Counted from the stretch's first letter, positions 37,301 through 45,309 are shown. The stretch: 64,000 bases of DNA from Candidatus Enterocola sp. (GCA_045633865.1 JAZQZD010000021.1:2915-66914), one strand, 5' to 3'. Translations and numbers: made by a program. The notes: generated by a model not told the origin, from the sequence alone.

Positions 37301-38582
37301 TGGAACTACACTTCCTGGTTATCTTCCTTCTGTTCAAGGCTTGGGTATGAGTTCGTTCAACAACAAAACTGCTCCTACATTTGCCTTTGTAGTAGGTATT
37401 CAAGAAGATGATATTCTAGATAAAGCTCTTTCTAATGGTTGGTTGCTAACTACCGATGCTGTTTACAATCCTGCTCAGTTTGTGCATACCGAAACATTCA
37501 AGGCTACAGCCTTAGTTGAGCCTTTCCCAGGTATTAAAATTAACGTTCAGGCAGACCGTCAATATGTAAACAATCGTAGTGTTCAGTTCTCTTCTGGTAG
37601 CAATTTAACAAACTTAGATGGTAGTCTTTCTATGAGTTATGTTGCCATTGGTACTGCATTTACTAGTGTGCGTGGTGGTGTGTTTACCGACGAACTATTC
37701 AATAATTTCTTAGCATATAGAAATGTAATTAAGAACAGACTTGAAAGTCAAAACAATCCTACCTCTGGTTATTCACTAAATTCTGATGATGTGTTAGTGC
37801 CAGCATTCCTTGCTGCATATGCAGGTAGAGATGCATACAAGGTTGATACTAAGTCTGTGCCTAAGTTCTGGTCATTCCTTCCAAACTGGCAAGTTACTAT
37901 CACTGCATTAAATAGAATTCCTTGGGTGAAAGAACACTTCAGAAGTGTAAATATTACTCATGGCTATACCTGTAAATATCAAATTGGTTCATTCTCTTCA
38001 GACCAAACATTTACCTCTATAAATGGTGATGACTTTGGTTATGTTGAAGATGTGCTTTCTGGTGGACTTCTACCTTCTAGCCGTTATGCTCTAGGTGCCG
38101 TTACAATCAACGAACAATTTAGTCCTCTTGTTGGTCTTGACATGAACTTAAAAAATAGTTTAAGCTTCAAGGCTGAATGGCGTCGTGGTAGAAATATGGG
38201 TCTTAACATAGCAAGTAACCAAATTGTTGAATCTTCAAACAACGAATATGTTGTGGGTATAGGTTACAAGTTTAGCGACCTTAAGTTCAATATGAAGACA
38301 GCGAAGTCTTCAAAACAAGTGAAAAACGACCTTACTCTTCGCGCCGATTTCTCTATCAAGGATGCAAAAACATTAGTTCGTAAGATAGAACTTAACCAAA
38401 CACAAGCTACAGCTGGTGACCTAGTTACCACCTTCAAATTTGCCGCAAACTACGTATTTAGCGAACGTCTAAACTTTAGCTTATTCTACGACCTACAAAT
38501 GCGTACTCCTGTGGTATCTACTTCATATCCTACTTTGAACTCTGAGGTGGGTATTAGTGCCAAGATTCTTCTTACTCGATAA
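31341..38582 (+). CDS. sprA: T9SS outer-membrane translocon SprA (Sov); TTG start codon
   Basis: 2413 aa, the size class of SprA. Signal peptide (M)KKFFYILALLSVSLAVFAQA. Family-wide similarity as I recall it (e.g. LKLQYEGKEDDIIKKLEAGNVSMPL, C-terminal beta-barrel strands). There is no in-frame ATG before residue ~130. Confidence 0.9.
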   Translation: MKKFFYILALLSVSLAVFAQATGDSIANKEESQLRFPIPKNYVENYNDLGQSTPASLPIPDNVVTEVVYDPDTDRYYFQSKVGDEDLGTPFYLTSEEFAEYQALRSQQEYYKAKVSEEKGKKHEISFTDMKFDIGPADKVFGPGGVQLKLQGSVELIFALQFKKLKDPALSERSQNPAPTFDFDEKIQLNVSGSVGDKLNFGLNYNTEATFDFDQSMLKLQYEGKEDDIIKKLEAGNVSMPLTGSLITGNTSLFGFKTDLQFGKLNVSAVVSQQESESQTINTTGAQTTDFHISIDQYDENRHYFLSHFFREHYDEWMKDVPNISSGVSVTNIEVWVTNKNSINYQNTTNVVAFADLGEPERIYNSSFASSGSIPSNGANTLFSQVVQANNGLPDIYEVDSYLKAWNMEAGTDFAKLEGARKLESSDYVLNKELGYISLKSALNNDEILAVAYQYTYKGKVYTVGELSTATTETTKPLALKLLKSTDKSPLLPTWDLMMKNIYSLGAYQVQSNKFTLNIMYKNDSTGIDLRYITEGPIAKKPLLWVMNLDHLDSQQNEKPNGDGMFDFVEGYTIISQNGKIIFPVVEPFGSHLAKKLNNDPYLVKKYVYQELYDSTLTTAQEFAEKNKFYLEGEYRASSGSEIRLNAMNVPKGSVKVTAGGVQLTENVDYTVDYMMGVVTIMNQDLIDLGTPISVTMESQSMFNMKRKSLIGTHLDYAFTDNFNVGGTVMYLSEKPLTEKVGYGDDPVANTVWGLNMSYRDQFQSVTDWLNKLPILNLKQASTVAFDAEFAHMIPGTAKGAQGKVYVDDFESTTVGYDVRYASNWRLASTPSRFAESGLSNNIEYGKNRALLSWYYIDNMFNQSTSSTPSHIRKDKQQLSNHFVRQVSENEIFPNRELVYGQSSYIQTLDLAYHPTERGPYNIYAENFDSEGKLINPATKWGGVMRKLETTDFETNNIEYLEFWVMDPFVYNDGTMTGGDLYFNFGDISEDILKDGRKFYENGLPVELDESAIVSTVWGKVPTKQSVVYAFDATEAARKAQDTGLNGLSTEQEFNHESYKTFVEKLSAKLSPDARQRMMEDKFSPLNDPAGDNFHHYRGTDYDNAEVGVLERYRYYNGTEGNSQTTSENESYTTASSNKPDYEDINVDNTLSDSEKYFEYRVSLRPEDMNVGQNYITDMVTSSVTLKNGETGTVRWYQFKIPLRDADNYTSYGSIRSFKSIRFMRMYLTGFTHDVNLRFARMELVKGEWRTYQKELDKANHNDATILEVSSVNIEENADKQPVNYVLPPGVSREIDPSQQQVRQENEQSMVLRIHNLYPKDARAVYKKFGGYDMRQYGKLEMFVHAEALPEDDTNLTDRDMKLFIRLGSDYQNNYYEYEVPLTLTPAGIYSNNTTSDRKVVWPSENKIELPLELLTNLKKARNEEKNRNHSSVTNLTEYSTLDPANPNNRITIMGNPSLGEVEVFMIGIRNASKAVKSAEVWVNELLLTDFDEQGGVAARASLDIALSDFITLNAAGRIETIGYGGIEQKVQERRQDDYYQYNVNAGIDLGKLLPEKANTVIPIRYSLSHEIVNPKYNPLDKDILLKDALEATANKEQRDSILNVAQDMTMTQSLSVPGIRVGITSKDGPRPWDPANFTVGGSYSQTESRDPNTTREVEQYSNAYGQYEFSWSPKPVEPFAKIKSIQNNKHMKWLTDFGFYYAPKLFSFKTNFVRNYYEQVTRDFENPDQKMDPTFAKDFMWSNEFDLAWDITKNIKFTFTSSNNSLITENDGGVNSELYPDEYEMWKDSVWNSLSHLGSPQDYNQRVTLSWNVPFNKMPALNWIQGNIKYDGTYQWLSGTDIIANTAMSKGTIQADGKFNFESLYNKSEYLKEINRKYGSTNAPKPKKQKEYNQKLKLQAGDTVVVRHRLNDKKVRIKATADGKAVQLKHKVLDANSIKVFATKGAEVELTVISGGPQPANMVFTDVLARVAMLIRNVSFNYSQTDGTTLPGYLPSVQGLGMSSFNNKTAPTFAFVVGIQEDDILDKALSNGWLLTTDAVYNPAQFVHTETFKATALVEPFPGIKINVQADRQYVNNRSVQFSSGSNLTNLDGSLSMSYVAIGTAFTSVRGGVFTDELFNNFLAYRNVIKNRLESQNNPTSGYSLNSDDVLVPAFLAAYAGRDAYKVDTKSVPKFWSFLPNWQVTITALNRIPWVKEHFRSVNITHGYTCKYQIGSFSSDQTFTSINGDDFGYVEDVLSGGLLPSSRYALGAVTINEQFSPLVGLDMNLKNSLSFKAEWRRGRNMGLNIASNQIVESSNNEYVVGIGYKFSDLKFNMKTAKSSKQVKNDLTLRADFSIKDAKTLVRKIELNQTQATAGDLVTTFKFAANYVFSERLNFSLFYDLQMRTPVVSTSYPTLNSEVGISAKILLTR

Positions 38583-38602
38583 TATCGATTTTATAAGGTA
38601 AT

Positions 38603-38689
38603 TTACTCGCTACGCTCGTGATTCTTGGCTGCACTCGGCAATGCTTAAGCAAGCTTATCATTGCTCTCATTTGCACAAGAATTCCTCAC
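38603..38689 (+). repeat. MITE/REP-like two-hairpin element, copy 2
   Basis: ttactcgctacgctcgtga...ctcggcaatgcttaagcaagcttatcattgctctc...aattcctcac. The spurious ORF 38618..38824 runs through it. Confidence 0.8.
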
Positions 38690-38730
38690 TTTTTAACGAA
38701 AAAAATTGCATTTTTTTCGTTAAAAATTAC

Positions 38731-38738
38731 TATCTTTG
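38731..38738 (+). promoter_or_regulatory. -7 box (TATCTTTG) for the oadGAB operon
   Basis: TAnnTTTG match about 100 nt upstream of the oadG ATG. Confidence 0.4.
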
Positions 38739-38836
38739 CCTCAAATTTGCATTTTTATGCAGTATTTATGTATAATTATGCAAAATTTATGAATATACAG
38801 GAATATTTTTGGAGAAATAACTAAACTTTTAATAAT

Positions 38837-39142
38837 ATGAACTTTATTTTATTACAAGCAGCTCCTGTAGCAGAATTGTCAAATTGGGACAAATTCATCG
38901 AGGCTCTACTTCTTATGGCCATTGGTATGCTTACAGTGTTCGCTGTACTTTTAATTATTATTGCGTTAGGTACGCTTCTAATCAAAACAGTGAATAAATT
39001 CTTCCCAGAAGAAGTAAAACCAGTTGCAAAAGCTGCCGCGGCAGTGCAAGCAGTTGACCAAAATATTCAAGAAGCCATCAACAAAGCTATTATGGCTATA
39101 AGCGGTGGTAAAAAACAAGCACAAAAAATCGAAAAAATATAA
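38837..39142 (+). CDS. oadG: Na+-translocating decarboxylase gamma subunit (OadG family)
   Basis: Small protein with a single N-terminal TM helix, directly preceding the alpha and beta subunits. Confidence 0.7.
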   Translation: MNFILLQAAPVAELSNWDKFIEALLLMAIGMLTVFAVLLIIIALGTLLIKTVNKFFPEEVKPVAKAAAAVQAVDQNIQEAINKAIMAISGGKKQAQKIEKI

Positions 39143-39153
39143 AACTTTAAACT

Positions 39154-41001
39154 ATGGCAAAGAAAAGACAAGTTAAGTTTTCTCTATTATTTAGAGATAT
39201 GTGGCAATCCGCTGGTAAATATGTACCACGTGTTGACCAATTAGTTAAAGTAGCTCCTGCTATTGTAAAAATGGGTTGCTTTGCTCGTGTTGAAACCAAC
39301 GGTGGTGGTTTTGAACAAGTAAACCTACTTTACGGCGAAAACCCAAATAAAGCTGTACGTGAGTGGACAAAACCTTTCCACGAAGCAGGTATCCAAACTC
39401 ACATGCTAGACCGTGCTCTTAACGGTTTACGTATGAACCCAGTTCCAGCAGACGTTCGTCAACTTTTCTATAAAGTGAAGAAAAAACAAGGTACCGACAT
39501 CGCTCGTACTTTCTGTGGTTTAAACGATACACGCAATATCATACCTTCTATTAAATATGCTCACGATGGTGGTATGATTTCTCAATGCTGTCTTTGTATT
39601 ACTTTCTCTCCACTTCACACTGTGGAATATTATACAAAAATGGCGTTTGAACTTATCGAAGCTGGTGCAGACGAAATCTGCTTAAAAGACATGGCTGGTA
39701 TCGGTCGTCCTGCTTCTCTAGGCGAAATCGTTAAAAACATTAAAGCTAAATATCCAGAACTTCCTATCCAATATCACTCACACGCTGGTCCTGGTTTCAG
39801 CATGGCTTCTATTCTTGAAGTTTGTAAAGCTGGTTGCGACTATGTTGATGTAGGTATGGAACCACTTTCTTGGGGTACAGGTCACGCAGACGTGTTAGCT
39901 GTTCAAGCTATGCTTAAAGATGCTGGCTTCGACGTGCCAGAAATCAACATGGAAGCTTACATGGAAGTACGTACTCAAGTACAAGCTATGATGGACGACT
40001 TCTTAGGTTATTACATCCCAGCTCGTAATCGTCAAATGAACTCTCTTCTTATCGGTCCTGGTCTTCCTGGCGGTATGATGGGTAGCTTAATGAACGACTT
40101 AAACGACGCTCTTGATAGCCTAAACAAATATTTTGCTAAAAACGGCAAACCAGAAATGACCCAAGACCAAATGCTTATCAAACTATTCAACGAGGTAGCA
40201 TACGTATGGCCAAAAATGGGTTATCCACCACTTGTAACTCCATTTAGCCAATATGTGAAAAACATGGCTCAAATGAACGTTATCCAAATGGAAAAAGGTC
40301 GTGAACGTTGGAGCATGATTGCAGACGATATTTGGGATATGCTTCTTGGCAAATCTGGTAGTCTTCCTGGACCTATCGCTCCAGAACTTATCGAAAAAGC
40401 AAAACAACAAGGTCGTGAATTCTTCACTGGCAACCCACAAGACTCTTATCCAGATGCTCTAGAAGGTTTCCGTAAAGAAATGGCTGAAAATGGTTGGGAA
40501 CTTGGCGAAGATGACGAAGAACTATTCGAGCTTGCTATGCACCCACAACAATATCGTCTATACAAATCTGGCCAAGCTAAAGCAGACTTCGAAGCAGATC
40601 TAGCTAAGAAGAAAGAAGCTAAAGCTGCTGCTGGTGGTGCAGCTCTTCCTCAAACTGTGGAAGTACAAGTAAACGGTGTTTCTTATAAAGTAACCGTTGG
40701 TGAAGCTGGTGCAATGCCTGCTGCTTCTGCTGCTCCTGCTGCTGCCGCTGCTGCTGGTACTGGCGAAGGTAAAGAACTTGCTGCTCCACTAGAAGGTAAA
40801 TTCTACCTAGTAAAAGCACAAGGCGAACCTGCAGTGAAAGTAGGCGACGTAGTGAAAGCTGGTCAAACAGTTTGCTACATCGAGGCTATGAAAACTTTCA
40901 ACGCTATTGCTGCTGAATGCGATGGTGTTATTACAGAAATCTGCTTCAACGCAGGTGCTGCAGTATCTGAAGATGACGTATTGATGAAAATCAAAGGATA
41001 A
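39154..41001 (+). CDS. oadA: Oxaloacetate decarboxylase alpha subunit (carboxyltransferase plus biotinyl domain)
   Basis: HMGL-like/PYC_OADA carboxyltransferase region, Ala/Pro linker, and a biotinyl-lysine motif EAMKTF in a C-terminal lipoyl-like domain. Confidence 0.85.
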   Translation: MAKKRQVKFSLLFRDMWQSAGKYVPRVDQLVKVAPAIVKMGCFARVETNGGGFEQVNLLYGENPNKAVREWTKPFHEAGIQTHMLDRALNGLRMNPVPADVRQLFYKVKKKQGTDIARTFCGLNDTRNIIPSIKYAHDGGMISQCCLCITFSPLHTVEYYTKMAFELIEAGADEICLKDMAGIGRPASLGEIVKNIKAKYPELPIQYHSHAGPGFSMASILEVCKAGCDYVDVGMEPLSWGTGHADVLAVQAMLKDAGFDVPEINMEAYMEVRTQVQAMMDDFLGYYIPARNRQMNSLLIGPGLPGGMMGSLMNDLNDALDSLNKYFAKNGKPEMTQDQMLIKLFNEVAYVWPKMGYPPLVTPFSQYVKNMAQMNVIQMEKGRERWSMIADDIWDMLLGKSGSLPGPIAPELIEKAKQQGREFFTGNPQDSYPDALEGFRKEMAENGWELGEDDEELFELAMHPQQYRLYKSGQAKADFEADLAKKKEAKAAAGGAALPQTVEVQVNGVSYKVTVGEAGAMPAASAAPAAAAAAGTGEGKELAAPLEGKFYLVKAQGEPAVKVGDVVKAGQTVCYIEAMKTFNAIAAECDGVITEICFNAGAAVSEDDVLMKIKG

Positions 41002-41006
41002 GAACT

Positions 41007-42251
41007 ATGGGAGAAATATTAAGTAAAATCTATGACATGACAGCCATAGGCGCCATTGTGGAAGATCCTCGCTTCCTTATTATGTACGCCTTAGCTTTCG
41101 TCCTTCTATACTTAGGTATTAAGAAGGAATTTGAACCACTTCTTTTAGTGCCAATCGCTTTCGGTGTGCTTATTGCAAACTTCCCTGGCGGTGGTATGGG
41201 TGTGCTAGGTGCCGATGGTGAAGGCCTAGTTCACTACATGAAAGATGGTGTTGAGGTTTCTAAAAACGTGTACGAAATGTCTCTTCCAGAGATTGCACAC
41301 GACTTAGGCATTATGAACCTTATTTACTACGCATTAATCAAATCTGGTCTGCTTCCTCCTATCATCTTTATGGGTGTAGGTGCGCTTACCGACTTTGGAC
41401 CAATGCTACGCAACCTTAAACTTGCTATTTTCGGTGCAGGTGCTCAATTTGGTATCTTTGCAGTACTTCTAGTGGCTTCTCAATTCTTTACACTACAAGA
41501 AGCAGGCTCGCTTGCTATCATTGGTGGTGCCGACGGTCCTACTGCTATCTTTACCACACTTAAACTTGCTCCACACTTGCTAGCTCCTATTGCTATTGCT
41601 GCATATTCATATATGGCGTTAGTGCCAGTGATTATTCCATTAGTGGTAAAACTTACTTGCTCTAAAAAAGAACTTATGATCAACATGAAGGAACAAGACA
41701 AACTTTATCCTTCTAAAACTGAGTTCAAAAACATGAGAGCGCTTAAGATTATCTTCCCTATTGCTGTTACTACTATCGTGGCTATCATTGTGCCAGATGC
41801 AGTGTCTCTAGTAGGTATGCTTATGTTTGGTAACCTTATCAAAGAAATTGGTGCAAACACTTCTCGCTTGTTTGAAACAGCTTCAAACGGCATTATGAAT
41901 GCTGCTACCATTTTCCTAGGTCTATCTGTAGGTGCTACTATGACTGTAGATGCTTTCCTAAACTTCCAAACTCTAGGTATCGTGGCAGGTGGTTTCCTTG
42001 CATTCGGTTTCTCTATCTTTGGTGGTATCCTTTTAGTGAAAGTAATGAACCTATTCAGCAAAAAGAAAATCAATCCACTTGTTGGTGCAACTGGTCTAAG
42101 TGCTGTGCCTATGGCTTCTCGTGTAGCTAACGACATCGCGCTTAAATACGACCCTAAAAACCACGTGTTAAACTACTGTATGTCGTCTAACGTGGCTGGC
42201 GTAATTGGTAGTGCTGTGGCAGCGGGTATTTTAATTTCCTTTTTAGGTTAA
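41007..42251 (+). CDS. oadB: Na+-translocating decarboxylase beta subunit
   Basis: Polytopic membrane protein with OadB/GcdB/MmdB blocks (GADGPTAIF, GATGLSAVPMASRV, SSNVAGVIGSAVAAG). Confidence 0.9.
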   Translation: MGEILSKIYDMTAIGAIVEDPRFLIMYALAFVLLYLGIKKEFEPLLLVPIAFGVLIANFPGGGMGVLGADGEGLVHYMKDGVEVSKNVYEMSLPEIAHDLGIMNLIYYALIKSGLLPPIIFMGVGALTDFGPMLRNLKLAIFGAGAQFGIFAVLLVASQFFTLQEAGSLAIIGGADGPTAIFTTLKLAPHLLAPIAIAAYSYMALVPVIIPLVVKLTCSKKELMINMKEQDKLYPSKTEFKNMRALKIIFPIAVTTIVAIIVPDAVSLVGMLMFGNLIKEIGANTSRLFETASNGIMNAATIFLGLSVGATMTVDAFLNFQTLGIVAGGFLAFGFSIFGGILLVKVMNLFSKKKINPLVGATGLSAVPMASRVANDIALKYDPKNHVLNYCMSSNVAGVIGSAVAAGILISFLG

Positions 42252-42280
42252 TCCGCCTACAAAACAAAATACATTTACAA

Positions 42281-42319
42281 AGCGTTTGAGGAATTTTCCT
42301 CAAACGCTTTTCTTTTTTT
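42281..42319 (+). terminator. Rho-independent terminator (11-bp perfect stem agcgtttgagg/cctcaaacgct followed by a T-rich tract)
   Basis: Read directly from the sequence, 30 nt after the oadB stop codon. Confidence 0.85.
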
Positions 42320-42330
42320 ATTTAATTTCT

Positions 42331-42338
42331 TATATTTG
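42331..42338 (+). promoter_or_regulatory. -7 box (TATATTTG) preceding a structured leader and the flippase gene
   Basis: TAnnTTTG match about 130 nt upstream of the ATG at 42471. Confidence 0.4.
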
Positions 42339-42470
42339 TGTACTTATTACCCCTGTAAGGGGTAACTCTTAAGTTGTAGGCAGGTGTTAAGCGTTAGCGC
42401 AACGCCTGTATTAAATGATAATAATAAAGGGCACCCCCGTAGGGTGGTGCAACCGAGCCGTAGGCGAGCA

Positions 42471-43769
42471 ATGCAAATCAAAAACAAATATATCAACCGA
42501 TTTCTGCAATCGCGCATTGTGAGAAACACTAGCGTGCTTCTGAGCGGCAATATGCTTGCCCAGATAATCACTTTGGCGGCATACCCAATCATTTCTCGTA
42601 TATACAGTCCAGAAGAGTTGGGTACGCTCAATCTGTTTGTTTCTATATTTGCAATTTTTGTGCTTCTTGCCAATGCAGAATACCAAAACGTATTGGTTTT
42701 TCACAAAGAGGAAAAAGACCTTCCATCTGCGTTAGCTGTTTGCTTATCTTGTGTAGCTTTGGTTTCTGCGATTGTGCTTATTACCGTGCCATTCTCGGCT
42801 GAAATCTCATCTCTATTTGGTTCTACCGACCTTGCCGATTGGTATTTTCTTATGCCACTCTACGTGGCGGCCACAGCTATTTGGAATATCTGCGATAGCC
42901 TTGTGATTAGAAAGAAACTATTCAAGTATATTTCTTTTTACTTAGTTCTAATTGCGCTTTATAATGTAGGTCTTAAAATCCTTTTAGGTCATCTTGGTTG
43001 GGGTACAGCGGGTCTTATCATTTCTGCAGTTTCAGGTTCTGTATTGATATTGTTAGCGGTATGCTTATATGCACAGTGGAGAGACAAATTATTTTCTTCA
43101 TTAGGTGAACGACCAACATGGGCATCAACTCTAGCTATTGCGCGTGAATATATCAAATTTCCAAAATTTTCTCTTAGCAGAAAAACCTTAAATTTGCTAT
43201 CTAAGTCGCTCCCTATATTTCTGTTGTCTGCTCACTTTGGTATGGAGGAGATAGGACTTTATTCTATGGGTCTTTTGCTTGCTCATACTCCAATAAATGT
43301 GGCATGTGGTTCGCTTTATAAAATCATGTTCCGCTTTGTGTCTGAAAAGGTTTGGAACAAAGAAAAAATACTTCCTGTTATAAAGAAATACATAGCCTCT
43401 GTACTCATGGTAGGCATTCCTTCTTTTGCGTTGTTGTATTTTATCCTTCCAGATCTTACTTCTATTATCTTAGGTGAAAATTGGCGTACTTCTGGCGAAT
43501 ACATTCGACTAATGCTCCCTTGGCTTTTGGCGTTTAGTATATCAAATGTTATAGACTTCCTTCCTCAACTTTTTAAGAGACAAGAGGGACTACTTATCTT
43601 TGAGATTATTGATATAGTTTGTAAACTTTCAGTGTTGCTATTTGGTATTTATCTTGGTGATTTTTATATTACATTAATAATGTTTTTTATTATTTGTTTT
43701 GTTATTAATGTGTTTAAAATATTTTGGTATATAACTGTGGCTTTGGGATATGAAAAGGGATTACATTAA
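42471..43769 (+). CDS. Oligosaccharide/polysaccharide flippase (Wzx/MOP superfamily)
   Basis: About 12 TM segments. N-terminus MQIKNKYINRFLQSRIVRNTSVLLSGNMLAQIITLAAYPIISRIYSPEELG is typical of polysaccharide biosynthesis (Wzx-like) proteins. I moved the start to the first ATG, because the GTG-extended part lies in GC-rich hairpins. Confidence 0.7.
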   Translation: MQIKNKYINRFLQSRIVRNTSVLLSGNMLAQIITLAAYPIISRIYSPEELGTLNLFVSIFAIFVLLANAEYQNVLVFHKEEKDLPSALAVCLSCVALVSAIVLITVPFSAEISSLFGSTDLADWYFLMPLYVAATAIWNICDSLVIRKKLFKYISFYLVLIALYNVGLKILLGHLGWGTAGLIISAVSGSVLILLAVCLYAQWRDKLFSSLGERPTWASTLAIAREYIKFPKFSLSRKTLNLLSKSLPIFLLSAHFGMEEIGLYSMGLLLAHTPINVACGSLYKIMFRFVSEKVWNKEKILPVIKKYIASVLMVGIPSFALLYFILPDLTSIILGENWRTSGEYIRLMLPWLLAFSISNVIDFLPQLFKRQEGLLIFEIIDIVCKLSVLLFGIYLGDFYITLIMFFIICFVINVFKIFWYITVALGYEKGLH

Positions 43770-45309
43770 ACTTAATTTATCAAATGCATGGACGCAGAAT
43801 GATTGTGTTTATGTAATGGGTTATGCATTTGTTGATGACAGATATTTGTCTTCCCAAAACTTAGTTGATTTCTTTTCAAATGTTGCTACTATCGATGAGT
43901 TTTCACAGAAGCTACAAAGACTAAATGGTATTTTCTCTGTAATTATTTGCCGAGACAACTTTGTTGTTGCTGCTATAGATACTACACGTTTATATCCTAT
44001 TTTTTATTCGTATGTGGGTGGTACCTGGAACATTACAGACAATCCATATTTAATATTGTCTCAGCAGAGCACTATTTCCTCTACTTCGCTCAAGCAAATT
44101 CGTAGCTCGTTTGCTGTATTGGAGGGAAATACCCTAGTGGAAGGAATTTATCAGATAAAGCCAGGGTCGATTATAAGATTTCTTGAAAATGGATTAACTG
44201 AAAATTATCAATATTTTCATTACAATGTAGCAGGCCAAGAGGTCATAAGCGGAGAAAAGTCTCAACTGCTTTTGGTGTTGAAACAGGCTGTAAAACGACT
44301 AGTTCAAAAGGCAGATGGAAGACAAATTGTAGTGCCAATGAGTGCAGGATACGATTCTCGCATTATCCTTTGTTTGCTTAAAGAGCATGGCTACAAAAAT
44401 GTACTTACATACACTATGGGGTCCAATGTTGAGAGTTCAGAGGTACATATAGCCTGTAAAGTGGCAAATACTCTCGGTTATCCTCATTTCCAAATAGATT
44501 TAAATCTAGTAGGAGAGGAACTTGATTTCTCAGATTTCAATGATTATGTAAAGCATGAGGGGGCACTTACAAACTTTTGTTGGTGCGAGGAATATGCGTG
44601 TGTTAAGTGGTTGCAAAAAAGATCACTTTTGAATGAAGATGCTATTTTTGTGCCTGGTCATGCTGGAGATTTTTTTGCGGGTTCACATCTTGCCAAGTCT
44701 CTTATTACAGAACATTCTTCTATGTCCGCTCTAGTTTATGGTATATTGTTTAACAATTTTGAGGCGAATAGAGGGTTTAAAACATCTTATATAAGGGAAG
44801 AATTTAATTCATTAAAGACGTACGGAGATTATCCTCCTTCTCTTTACAATGCATTTGTATTTACTAATCGTTTAACGCATTTTATTACTAATTCTGCGCG
44901 TGCTTTTACATTCTTTGGGTATGAAGTTGTTATGCCTTTGTGGGATTTGGACTTTTTGCAATTTATGAGAAGACTTCCTATGCAACAGTTGCATCATTGT
45001 GCTTTATACAACGAGTGTGTTGAGGTGGTTTTTGAAGAGTATAATGTAAATTTCTCAAAGAAAAAACTTCCTGTTTCAGTTTATCGTAAACAATATATAA
45101 AGAACGTACTAAGTGTATTTTTGCCTTCTATATTGTTATCAAAACTCAAGAAATCTACTATAGATGTGCTAGGTGGTTGGCACTTAGCTAATATTCTGTG
45201 CAAGGATTTTACATATTATGCAAACAAGTCTGCCAAGCCCTATTCTATAAATTCAGCACTTACAGAATGGTATATTGGCTCTGTTAAGAAACTACTAAAT
45301 AAAGATTAG
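43750..45309 (+). CDS. Asparagine synthase-related PP-loop ATPase, lacking the N-terminal Cys nucleophile
   Basis: PP-loop-like VVPMSAGYDSRII, with an AsnB-like N-terminal fold segment (NGIFSVII...AAIDTTRLYPIFY). It starts MKRD rather than MCG. It overlaps the flippase by 20 nt. Confidence 0.6.
   Translation: MKRDYIKLNLSNAWTQNDCVYVMGYAFVDDRYLSSQNLVDFFSNVATIDEFSQKLQRLNGIFSVIICRDNFVVAAIDTTRLYPIFYSYVGGTWNITDNPYLILSQQSTISSTSLKQIRSSFAVLEGNTLVEGIYQIKPGSIIRFLENGLTENYQYFHYNVAGQEVISGEKSQLLLVLKQAVKRLVQKADGRQIVVPMSAGYDSRIILCLLKEHGYKNVLTYTMGSNVESSEVHIACKVANTLGYPHFQIDLNLVGEELDFSDFNDYVKHEGALTNFCWCEEYACVKWLQKRSLLNEDAIFVPGHAGDFFAGSHLAKSLITEHSSMSALVYGILFNNFEANRGFKTSYIREEFNSLKTYGDYPPSLYNAFVFTNRLTHFITNSARAFTFFGYEVVMPLWDLDFLQFMRRLPMQQLHHCALYNECVEVVFEEYNVNFSKKKLPVSVYRKQYIKNVLSVFLPSILLSKLKKSTIDVLGGWHLANILCKDFTYYANKSAKPYSINSALTEWYIGSVKKLLNKD

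Noticed and set aside
38618-38824. ORFs translating through the MITE/REP-like repeats (38618..38824, 46598..46888, 46916..47182, 52124..52330), which share peptides such as RQCLSKLIIAL.
   Set aside because: The shared peptide is simply the repeat core (ctcggcaatgcttaagcaagcttatcattgctctc) read in one frame. The ORFs use non-ATG starts, overlap real genes or promoters, and have no coding signature outside the repeat.
40860-40900. The biotinylation motif reads EAMKTF rather than the classical AMKM.
   Set aside because: The Lys is in the expected hairpin context of a lipoyl-like domain. The residue after the Lys varies among biotin carriers, so this is unlikely to be meaningful.
42384-42470. 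GTG-initiated 29-codon N-terminal extension of the flippase.
   Set aside because: The extension (MLSVSATPVLNDNNKGHPRRVVQPSRRRA) lies in the GC-rich hairpin tract. Wzx-like proteins typically begin as the ATG-initiated sequence does (MQIKNKYINRF...).
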